Source of the DNA: Azolla caroliniana
Taxonomy: Eukaryota > Plantae > Polypodiophyta
Length of the DNA stretch: 64,000 nt
Direction: 5' to 3'
Assembly (NCBI GenBank): GCA_043228905.1
Contig: JBHGNT010000014.1
Location: 8,370,001-8,434,000, forward strand
The translations under genes and the position numbers were made by a program. The first letter of the stretch is position 1, and each line of letters begins with the position of its first letter. Shown piece by piece: positions 14,533 to 46,740 of the stretch. Under the pieces are notes generated by a model. It was not told where the DNA came from. It searched no databases and saw only the letters and a program-made list of their open reading frames with translations.

Positions 14533-14802
14533 TAAGAATAATGGAAGGATATGCCACATGTACCTCATCTCATGTAAACACTTTTTTATATATAAAATCA
14601 TGGTTGGACACGCGAGTTCTAATCCAATTTTGGATATAGTACAAGTGTTGTGGATTCATGGGTTGAGTAAGAATAATGGAAGGATATGCCACATGTACCT
14701 CATCTCATGTAAACACTTTTTTATATATAAAATCATGGTTGGACACGCGAGTTCTAATCCAATTTTGGATATAGTACAAGTGTTGTGGATTCATGGGTTG
14801 AG
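14533..14802. repeat. Tandem duplication, 2 x 135 bp, downstream of the bZIP gene
   Basis: TAAGAATAATGGAAGG... starts at 14533 and again at 14668; the copies appear identical. Confidence 0.9.
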
Positions 14803-15125
14803 TAAGTATGATGAAGGAAATGTAATTGTAAAGTTGGGTTAAGTAACCAGAAGACGTATAACAAAGAGCAAAGATGAACTACCATCATCATGATCACCTT
14901 TATTTATCCCTTCACTCTCCGTCACAAACAAAGGAGAAGAATGGCAATGAATGAAATTGCAAGAGGACCATAATCCATACAAAATAGAAAAGAATGTAAA
15001 TTTTGGTATACAAATCACAATAATAAGCTTATAGAAGGATGAATGAGCTCCTCCTCTGTAATGAGAAACAAAATGAGGCTCTAGAAGAAACAAAATTAAA
15101 ACAAAGGAGAAGATGATTTTCATAC

Positions 15126-35582
<20,457 letters not shown>

Positions 35583-36043
35583 TGCTAATTAGCAATAATC
35601 ATAACTACGACGAGTCTGAGCTTCAGTGGAAGTAGAGTAACCATGATCATAAAATATCTCAAGGAGGGGTATAACGGACTATGTATGTAGAAGGAAGGAA
35701 GGAAATCAGGGTTTAGCCCTACCCTAAATTAGGACCTGTTTTTTTTTGGGGGGCGGGGGGGGTGGGGGGGGTTACATTGTTTGCTTGCTTGCTTAAAGAG
35801 AAAAAATAGTAGGGAGTAGAGTAGAAGAGAGAAAGGGAATTATGAATTAAATGCAGCAGCAGTAGTAGTAGTGGTAGTATAAATAAAAAGGAAGATATGG
35901 AAAGGCAGAAAAGCGAAAGAAAAGGGATGGATGGAGTAAAAGCTCTGTAGCGACTGATGATGGATGGATGGATGGATGGATGGATGCGAAGGAGAAGAGT
36001 GAGCAAGTGCATACTGCACTGCTTGCTCCCCGAGTCCCCTCTA

Positions 36044-36082
<39 letters not shown>

Positions 36083-37624
36083 AAGAAAGAAAGATGAGAA
36101 TACGTATGTATTTACATATTTATCTGTGGAGGGATTCCGCTTGTATGTATTCGATTATGTTTATGTATTCTCATACCGTACGCATGTAACTCTCTCTATA
36201 CGTACATAAATACGGTCCTCTTATGAGAAAGAAAGAAAGATATATTAACGTCTTATAAGGCCAAAATTGGCCCATGAGACAAGAGAGAGAGAGAGAGAGA
36301 GCATTTCATTGGGGTAGGGTAGGAAGTGAAGATACCACTTACTGATATATGCCCTGCGGGAATGGTGGACATAAAAGAAGCTTCTTCCAACATCTTCCTT
36401 GGCTTTGCTTTATGCCTAGTTTCGATTGATTGATACCACTGGTGGTGAGTGGACATCTTCTCGTCAAACCCATTGAGATTGACAAGAAAGGAAAATGTTG
36501 GAGAGATAAGCAATTTGCACCATAAGCCCCCAAATTCCAATCAACTAGCAACTTGGTCACTCACACCTTGCAAAGAACCTTTTTTCTTTCTCTTGTAATT
36601 GGGGGGACAAATTACAATCTGAATTGCCTCTCAATAACTTATTCTTCTTTACCATTCTAATCTAAAAATGACGTAAAAACGTTGTGCGCGCATGCATGCA
36701 TGCTGTCCCCAGAAATCAACCCACCCCCATACATACATAGTATATAATGCCACTCAAGCTGGTGGTTGTATACTTTGTATTTCTTTATAATGATTACGAT
36801 GGTGTGTATCTAAATACTTAAGGTTTGAAAATTTAAAGGTCAAGCTATTTTGATCATTACTATGTGTAGAAATATTAGGTGAGGTTAACTTAGTTGTTTT
36901 TACCATTGGCTCACTTTGACATTCTCAAAATTACCAACACCCAGTTTTGAATTTTTTAGTAGTTATTAAATTTCAAGGGAAATGGCAACATCAAGGATCT
37001 TTTTGACTGAGGGTACAAAATGGAAATTGGAAATTGGAAATTGGAAAAATACAAAGCCTTGCTTTCCATATTACCCTTATACAAAGCGTAACTTTGGAAA
37101 AAATCCCTAGTTACCACTACCTATTGGACCATCTTTTTTGTCTTTTCCATTTAATGCACTAGAGGAAAAAGTTGACAACTTGAGAATGCAACTCCATAAT
37201 TCCCAATTTCCAAAGCGGAATTGTTTCTTCACCATCGAATTCCTTTAGTGACCATAAGCCTTGCATCGTCAAATGAGCTCAATGATCAACGATGTATTAA
37301 AAGGTTATTTTCGTCGTACAACATCTTACATCTCTTTTTGTGACATTTTTTACGTGGGGAATTGGTCATGTCGTTCTTGCCTAGTATGAGGAAGGCATGC
37401 CCATTGTTCTTGTCACTCCAAGTGATTGGTATAGTGAGTAGCCCTACCCATTATCCCGATTGGTCATCATAGTTTTATTGTTGCTCTACTTTGCAATGGA
37501 TCTCGTCATAATGAAAATTCAATTCGAAAAGAACATATCAAAAGGGAGTATTTAGCTATTTCACTTTAATCAATGTAATGTAATATGAGATAATAAATAC
37601 TTCAAAAATAAAAGTATGAGATAT

Positions 37625-37662
<38 letters not shown>

Positions 37663-38419
37663 GATGAACCATAGATATGACGTGAGGCAAAGTCGTACCA
37701 AAGAGGGTGATACCTAATCCAAGACCATCCATGCCCAACTTTTGGGATTTTACTACAATGGGGAAATATATGCTATTGCCATTTGAAAGGGGATAATAGG
37801 GAAGCTCATTTCTTGGAAGTAAGAATTGGCATATTGTTGATGGAAAGGGCCAACATAATTTGATGCTGAGTAGGTTGAAAAAACATACAATTGTTTTTAT
37901 GATTAAATTAGAAGGATTGTGTGAGTCTTTCTTTGGCCTAGTAACCTTACTTTCCTGTAGAAAATCTTTCATCAATTGCCCCGTTTACATTTTGCCCTTG
38001 AATCCTTTGTCTTTGTCACTATAACATGTAGATGAGCACTAGTTTCTTACTTTAGTAGGTTCTTTACCACTCCATAGTACAAAGCCCAATGTGGCCAAAC
38101 CTCTCATGCAATGGTTTCTTTGGGCTCACCGCACACCCATGGAGTGACTATAAACATGATATTGGATAACCACACCATCATACATAGTTTTCCTCTTTCT
38201 TCTCTAATAATAATTTTATCTATATTGTTTATATTGTCTTAGTTAAGCACCATGTAATGGAACATGCCAAACATTAGTACTAATAGCTATTAACTATAGT
38301 TTCTTGCAATAGAGAATACAAAAGGCTTTGGATGCTTTTAGTATCTCTATTAGTGATTATGAATGAGACAATTATTCTACAGTGAATAGGCCATTTGGCA
38401 ACATTCTTAAGTAGGAATG

Positions 38420-38720
38420 CTATAAAGGTTTGTGTAGAGCTATATGGACCCTCATTACCAATCATGTGATGGGATGCAAACACTACAGAACACTATCCAT
38501 CAAGGTGTTGGATCTCTTGTCAAAGCTGTGTGGAACAATGTAGACCCATCGTATCAATCATATGAATGTTATAAAGGTTTGTGTAGGTCAATATGGACCC
38601 TCCTTACCAATCATGTGATGGGATGCAAACACTACAAATCATTATCCATCAAGGTATTGGATTCTTGTCAAAGTTGTGTGCAACAATGTAGACCCATCAT
38701 ATCAATCATGTGATGGTAGA
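38420..38720. repeat. Diverged tandem duplication, about 2 x 150 bp
   Basis: TATAAAGGTTTGTGTAG...ACCAATCATGTGATGGGATGCAAACACTACA...ACAATGTAGACCCATC is repeated. Confidence 0.75.
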
Positions 38721-40012
38721 CATCATTATCCAACATTAGCTATCATAGTGATAGATCTTTATTGATGTTTTATGGACTATATATGGCTCCTCCTTATTGG
38801 AGAGTATAAGTTGTAAATTGATAAATCAATAGAAGAAACCATTACAAGAATGACGCAAAATAAACCATAAACTAAGCCTCGTTTGTTTAGGATACACCAC
38901 ACTCAACAAAACATAATAGTTAAATATTTGGCCTTTTCAATGAACTTATTGGATTTTGAGCTTTTGACCCAAAGTTGATTTTCTTTTGAATCCCGTGAGT
39001 CCTTTCTCTACATTTTTTACATGAGACTTCTTTGGTCCTTGTTCTATAAATTGGTTTGGCTTTGCCCTCTTCCTTATCATAAGATGTTGATAACCTCTAT
39101 CCCTTGCCTTCCATGGTTATCACCATGCTTCCCTCTTTGGCTTATTATCTTTGCTTAAGCACTGGTTACTATGTCAGAAAAAACATAAACTTCCATCTTA
39201 TTGTCCAAATTGTGTTGATTGAAGCTACTACAACCACCGGTGTTTCCACCATGTCTCCTCATCTACCACATTGCAACCCTCCCCCCCAAACCCCCTTGCA
39301 AAAGAATAAAAGCATTTAGAATCTTCTTGAGCCATTTGATGAAGCAAAGTGCACTTCCACTAGATAACATATTGTAGATATTAAGATGCAAATGTAGTGT
39401 ATCTATTATTCTTATATAATGAAGATGTGATAGTTATGCAATGATTTCAATCTTTTATTGATTTGCTCTTCTTTTAATAAAATTTATTATACATTTGGAT
39501 AATCAAGTGAAGATTTCAATCATGTCTTGACTTTTTTCTTCTTTCTCCTCCTATCACATATAATATTGCTCTACCATTTGATTGATTTGTTTCTTTTTCT
39601 CAAATGACTTGTTCAAACTCTCTCTAGGAACATTTTGTTAGGTATTTTGTCCCTCCTAATGGGAGAAGTCGGCAACCGAATTCTGGTCGGTTGGCCGGAT
39701 CGATCAATGAGTCGACTATATTGAGGATCAACGGATGTGAAGACTTGAGGATCGGATGGCTTGGCCGGATACTCAAGTCGACCCGATGGTTGAAGTTAAG
39801 GCTGACTAGTCGGGCCGACTATGTGAATGAAGAAGAGGCCAACTAGTCGAACTGACCGGGTGGCCCAAGACAAGGCCAACTAGGTGGGTTGACTGAATGG
39901 TCAACAATAGGAGTCGGCTAGTCGGATTGACTAGACTGTCGACTTGTGGGTCAGACAGCCGAGTCAACAAGTTGGCCGATTAATTATTATTATTATATTA
40001 TAATAATATCTT

Positions 40013-40049
<37 letters not shown>

Positions 40050-41550
40050 GAGCTAGGGCAAGATTAATATGTTGTTGCAGCAGTAGTATGAAGTGAGATA
40101 AGAGATCCATAGAGTAGAAGAGAAGAAAAAGGGTATGACATTGAGGGAAGGTAGAGTTTAGTGAACTTTCCAAAACCCTAAGAAGGGATTATTCTGTAAT
40201 ATGTGTTTTTCTTCTTTGAAAAGCTTGAAAGGCTTTGTAACCTATCTATATAATCTCTTTTCATTGTGAAATCTGTTGCCCCGTGTTTTTTCCCTGTTGT
40301 AGGGTTTCCACGTAAATCTTGTGTATTGTGTACTTTAAGTTTCTGTTGTGTTTTATTTTGTCTATCTTTCTCTTTCATCTTCGTTCCTAAAACCCAACAA
40401 ACCGATATTAGAGCTTGAGGTGCGAGATGGAAGGAGGTGTGAGTGGTTTTCCAGGAATGATAGTCCTGAACTCACATAACTACTCAGACTAGAAGATCAA
40501 GATGGAGGATCTTCTGATAGTCAGAGACCTATATTAGCCTATAGACAATAAAGAAATACCCACAGGGGTGATAGAGCTTGAATGGAAAATTCTGAATAGG
40601 AAGGCAGTGGCTACCATCAGACAATGTGTAGACATGAGTGTTCTTTAGATGTGGCTAATGACACAAACGCCTACAACCTATGGCATAAACTTTCAAACAT
40701 GTATGAAAGGAAAACTACCCTCAACAAAGCCTCTCTAATGAGAAAGATTGTGAGACTAAAGTATAGAGATGGAGAAAGCATTGTAGTGCACAACAACACT
40801 TTCATGGGGTTAGTGAACCAATTTGTGGCGACAAAGTTTCCGTTAGATGACGCCCTACAGGCCCAACTATTGTTGTGTACCCTACCATACAACTGGGAGA
40901 ACTTGGTTATGTCCCTTAGTACTTCGTGCCAAGAAGAAAATCTCTTTCCAAGTGGTAAAGACAAGTATCCTAAACGAAGAGACAAGCAGAAAGGACAAGG
41001 GTGTCTTGTCCCAATTGGAAGTATATGTGGCAAGAAACCCTAGTAGGTGCAAAAGCAAGAATAGAAGTCCACAAAAGAGAGACAAGTACCTTGCTAGGTG
41101 AAAGTCTAGGGGAAGGCTCACATGTTTCCATTGTGGGAAACTTGGACACTTTCAAAAGGATTGTCGACATCTTAAGAAAGACAAAGGTGTTGCTAATGAT
41201 GTCGAACCCAAGAAGATATTTGAAACACCGGGTCATTTGAAACAGGTAATATGTCGCATTATGAGAACACTACGTCGAAAAAGGGCACAAAAGCACGCAG
41301 TTTTCAAAAAGACACGACGCATGCGTAAAGCTTTTCAGAAAAGGTGGCAAAATATATTGAATTTCAACATGACTACCACTTTGAGGCATAAGTAAAATGC
41401 CTCCAAAAATACATCACCAAAATTACAAAATAATGTACAACATGTCTACCAGTTACAATTATACATATTCGTGAGTTTACATCCAAAACAAATTTACAAA
41501 GTTTCCAATCATGTAGTAAAACAATCCCCAGCTTGAACCAAACCAATATG

Positions 41551-44224
41551 TTAAGACATGTCTGATGGACTAGAAGAGCATTCTGACGTCTCATCCTCAT
41601 CATTAGTGGCAATCAAAGCATTATCCTCATCCAATTCCAACCCAACATCTTTGTGGTTACGAGAATTGCTTCTGGTTATTCTCTGTATTTCGTTTGACAC
41701 CATGTTTGGGATTTTCTCCTTTATTATCTTGATAGTTGCTTGTCTTAGATGACCTGATTTTGTCAATGAGAAGTCATATACTAGTATGTCAACACGGTCT
41801 AGTGCGAGAGTAGCCGTGCTCGGTATATTCTTTCTTCTTCTCTTTCTGCTTGAACATCCGACATCCTTAACCATCTCTAAAGAATACTTTCCTGTAAATG
41901 CATCAGGTGAAGTTGTCTGATACCAGTGGACTACTATTGACTTTGTCTGACTACTTTCTTCATCCCTTACTAATTCAATAATTTTTTCAATCCAAAATGG
42001 ATGGCCCAAGGTATCGTCCCCTGCTAATGTTGCAACCAACATTCCCACTTGTAGTTCTTGCAAATTACCTTGCCATCTTGCCTCAACAGTACGTGACTTT
42101 CTTGGTCCCACATAAATATCTCTTTGCAGTGGCCGAACTAAATCATGAAGCTCCATATTATTCGATTGTTGGTGATGAGTCTGCGATATCGTTGATGTCA
42201 TCCCAATGTTCCATGTGAATGGGATACGGATTGGCCATAAACCGGTGATGTAATTATCTAAAATGGTGCGTTGATGGGTGAAGAAAATCTCCCACCATTC
42301 AACATCCTCATCACGGGCATACTTCTTAGTCTGATCAATATTATTTTGTTTCTCTGCTAGACATCTCAACCAATATGCCCTTTGTTCATCAATAGTACTA
42401 TTTGGTGCTACATTTTTACGATCATCATATGGCATTTGTTGTGCACCATGTAGAGGTTCATCTGGGATATGAAGAAGGAGCCTACAACCTTCTTGGGGCT
42501 CCCATTGTGCACTAGATGAGTATTGTTTCGCAAACAACACCGTCATCTTGAGGTGGGCCGATCTTTGTTTTATGAGGAAGACATGGTTGAAACTTATATT
42601 ATTAAGAGGTGCAAGCACCCTACCTTTAGTCCCGTCACTATCCATGCAGAAACGTTTAAAGTTGTATACTTCTTCCAAGTGTTGTACTTCAGGCTTTGGT
42701 GTATATGCTTCACTAATCAATTTGGATAGCGTGGGAAGTGTGAAAGCATTACAGCGAGCAAGTTTCTTTGAGAACCTACTGAACATTTGATCTATGTGAT
42801 CATGGGTATGACCAACCAACAAGAAGTTAACCTTTATCTTTTTAAATATGCCCCTCTCTACTAGCATGCTTAGATAGCCGAAGACAGTTGAGTTCTTATT
42901 CTCTCTTGCTGTGTTGTCTAGTTGCACATATAGAACTGGCGGGAGTATACCTGACCATGATTGCAATACCCTGTGTATGACAGTGACAGTAAGATTAGGG
43001 TCGTTGTGGATATTGGGATAAGTTAAGAACACTTGCGGTCTTATAGTTTGACAATATGTCAAACAACCCACTAGATGCATTTGCACGAGACACTCATCTC
43101 CAATATCCTTGGGGAGTCTTTGAAAATGCGGCAAACAAGTTTTCTTTTGATCCATGCCGTCAATAATCATGCACATATACTTTTCGGGAGATTGAAACGC
43201 TTTTTGTTGGTGATGCATAGCCTTAGTACGTTCCAATGCCTAACTTTCACGATGTTCTTTTAACAGGTTCTTGTAATTCTTGATCTCTACATCTGATTTT
43301 CCACCCTTGGCCATACTTTTTAAACTCGCACATATTGAGCAGACTCCCATTCGCACCTTTCGTGGGATAACCACGTTATTAAATTGTAACCTCCATAGTC
43401 GATTAAAATGCCTGTACTGTATGTAAGGCTCAACATCGGAAGACATTGTCGTCCTTGTAGGATTGGTAAACTTCCCTTTGAGTAAAGTTATCTGACAAAT
43501 GAAGCCTTCCTGTCGTTGGCATAACTTCGTATTGTTTTGAAAAATATACCTCCATCCACCTAATTGCCTGTTGCCCAATTTGACCCTTACATCCAGAACC
43601 ATTTTGATCGAATTGTACCCAGGAGCCCTTCAGAAGTTGCTCTTGAACTCGTTGCAGCCGCATATTTCCAATGCTATGAGTGATTTTAAAAGCTGCTCGA
43701 CAACACTTGGTATTTAGTCCAAGGAAATATTCAACTTGCGTTGAATTAAGCCCTGCTTTGTGATCCAATTTAAGTTGCATATGCGAAAGAAGAAATGTAT
43801 CTTGCTCTTCCCCATTAAGCGACAAGTATTTTTGTCGTGTTTCATGTAACCTTGACTTTCCATAAGTTGATAGACAGAGATTCGCATAACACAATTTGTT
43901 CAAGTCGCATAGAAGTTGACGATCAGAACATAAGAAATTAAATCTCTTTTCACTAACTTGTCGGGGAACTCTTTTAAATGCTAGAGGTTTAGTAATGCTA
44001 TTGTTATCTATCGACGAAGAATCGTCCTCTTGTAAGCTTGCATGAAGAGGGCCATCAACAAGATCAATTGAAAACAGAGAATTCGAAGTACTAGGAGCCA
44101 CACTTTTCTGTTTAAGCCGCAAATGTTTTTTGTGGTCGTACTCTTCTATTGAGAAATACGAGTTGTCTGACAATGAAAAGGGGGCAATAGAAAAAAGAGA
44201 TGTTCTACTTGTAGAAGAAGACAT
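41551..44224 (-). pseudogene. Sola-like (DUF7869-type) DDE transposase with one frameshift (about 43447) and one TAG (43240-43242)
   Basis: ORFs 43430..44224, 43240..43602 and 41551..43236 join. Cys-rich N-terminus, then CSIC...H, IIDGMDQ, QLDNTARENKN and FLLVGHTHDHIDQMFS. Confidence 0.85.
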
Positions 44225-44519
44225 TTGAGGGAGTCTAACTGTATTCTAAAACCTTCTTTTGAGAAAATTAAGGAATGCTAAAGCCTAACTATATAACTAC
44301 CCGAACACTTAGATTAACTATATTATTTTCCGACATTTTTCTAAAAAAAATAATTAAATTTTTTATTTTATTTTAAAAGGAATGCTAAAGTCTTCTATAT
44401 AAGGAGATTAGAAATTTCATTTTCATTATCACGTGAAAGAATCCATCGAGCTCAGAGCACAGGCCAATTTTCGAGCACTCAGAAGCACATCGTCGACAAC
44501 ACTACCTCCGGCACGAATC
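44225..44519. promoter_or_regulatory. Putative bidirectional promoter between the transposase and cargo gene
   Basis: 295-bp AT-rich spacer between divergent ATGs (44224 minus, 44520 plus), with CTATATAA at about 44289 and about 44395. Confidence 0.45.
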
Positions 44520-44657
44520 ATGAACAAGGGAAAGAAAATCGTCAGGTTAGTAATATTCTTTACATTTTTTAAGATTCCTAAAGATTCCTTAAAGATTCCT
44601 TTCCTCAACACATAGAATTTTTTTTTTTTTGTACAACGAACTTGGAAAGCAATTCTA

Positions 44658-44950
44658 AAAGGCAGGACCTTCAACGAAAATCCGTTGCACTGCATCGGAT
44701 TTTGGTTGAAGGCAGGACCTTTCAACCAAAATCCGATGCACTGCATCGGATTTTCGTTGAAAGGTAGGACCTTCAGCGAAAATCCGATGCACTGCATCGG
44801 ATTTGCGTTGAAAGGCAGGATCTTCAACCAAAATCCGATGCACTGCATCGGATTTTGGTTGAAAGTCATGCAAATCCGATGCAGTGCATTGGATTTTGGT
44901 TGAAAGGCAGGACCTTCAACCAAAATCCGATGCATTGCATCGGATTTGCT
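44658..44950. repeat. Array of six long palindromes with about 51-bp period in cargo-gene intron 1
   Basis: Unit is TTCAACCAAAATCCGATGCA-C-TGCATCGGATTTTGGTTGAA (20-bp arms, 1-nt centre) plus an AGGCAGGACC linker. Confidence 0.92.
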
Positions 44951-46740
44951 GCGTTGAAAAAAATGTTGTTTTTGCGATAAAAAACTATCGCATGGGACCA
45001 TAAAATTGATGTAATTTAGATGATAATTTGCGTGATTTAGATAAAATTGTACGTTGTTTCTATGTTTTCACCAACGTTTTTAATTTCAGTGAACCCAGAC
45101 AAAAAGTTCCTTCATTTAGATTGAAGATTCGATCTCCGACAAAACGAGATTCTGGCTCCTTCATCAAGGACACGAGTAAAAAGATTTTATTTGACTCAAC
45201 GGGGGAAGGAGGATCCAAGTCATCTGTGGCTACTACCAAAATCAACAAAGGTAGTACGCAAGAGGAGAAAACGGTTGAGGTGAAATATAAGGATTACCCC
45301 GAACTTGAATGGTGTCTCTCCTATGTCGAGGAGGATGGGGTGCTATTATTGATAACAGCAAAATCAGACGGGGAAGGGAAACTTCAGCTTGGAAAAACAT
45401 TTAATTACGGGCATGTAACCAAGCTAGAGTACGAAGACATTGACTCTACAAGTATTTTAATCGACGTCTCGAGCTCAGTTGGCAACATGCGATTGCGACT
45501 TGACGAGGGAAACCTAGTACCCGAATCTTGCAATCCCAAGGCTTTGCGTAAAGACCTGCAAACAAAAAATAACTTGTTGGTAGCTCTTCGGCCGTACGTG
45601 ACAGGAGAGATGATGACCGGTGAAGCAGAAACTCCACCGAAAAAATCTAGGAAGACAAATCCTGTTCAAAAGAAATATACTAAACGACCACGACCCGAAG
45701 AAGAAGAAGAAGAAATATTAGAGTTCGTGGAAGAAGAAGACGACCAACAAGTCGACGTCGTGGCTCTAGGCGGACAACTATCTTCTGGTGTCCTGACGTT
45801 AGAACAAAATAAAATAAGAGAAAATATTGTGAAGACTAAAGTTGTGCGCAGGGGCCAGCTATTTCATTTGCCCATTACTTCTATCCAAAGGTCCCCCATT
45901 GATCCCGTGACTGGAAGACGTCCCCTGGAAATTAGGGAGCCGCACTCCGTCCATGTGCAAAACTTGAAAAGCAAAATGAAAATCAATCCTCACGCTGTCG
46001 TAGTGTATTTTGTACACTACGTGAAAAACGTATATAGTATTAGATTCAATAAAAAATGAAGAAATAGAAGAAAATAGCAAAATAAATGGAACATGCATAG
46101 GGCAAGATTCGAACCTTGCACCTCCATGTTAATAATGTAATGTCTTACCATTACACTAGCATTTCATTAGTGTTAAAGCATAGATGTCCCACATAGAAAG
46201 GTAAATTCACGCTAGGATAAACATTAGAAAAACGCATAACAAAAGAAAAAGCTACACATACACATCTAGCGTGCATGATAAAAAACGCACAAGTTAGAAA
46301 AAAGCATGATCACTTTAGATAAAGCATATAGTCTATCTATAGGAAAAGCATGGGGTCTATAGTTAGAGAAAAAGCATAGATTACTAAGACTTCCTCATCA
46401 CTACATAAGGATGGGGAGCACAATGTAATTGTGTGTGAAAAATATTTGGAAACTGGATATGTTTCTAAAAAACACCAATTAATAAACTATACTCGTGGGA
46501 TTCACGAGAATTCTATATCATTCTCTTTCAACCGAAGTTTATATTCTTATATTCATATTGATTAATCTAATACAATACACTCGTGGGATTCACGAGTTTG
46601 CTATAACTCTTTCTTACAACATATTTATATTCTTATTAGCCTTAAAACTCTCCTCTTCCTAGTCCAAAACCCCAGCGGTTCCCACCCGACTCACGCAACG
46701 ATCCGGAGCCGAAAGGCACGACACAGTTGGTGAACCCGAC

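Noticed and set aside
44658-44950. CRISPR-like array
   Set aside because: Linkers are near-constant rather than unique spacers, there are no cas genes, and the context is a eukaryotic intron.
44429-45001. 190-aa repeat protein (NQNPMQCIGF repeats)
   Set aside because: Translation of the 51-bp palindromic array, which is open simply because the period is a multiple of three.
46490-46600. Compensatory changes in the LTR hairpin CTCGTG-GGATT-CACGAG versus CTTGTG-GGATT-CACAAG
   Set aside because: Both changes are at CpG sites and are equally explained by methyl-cytosine deamination.
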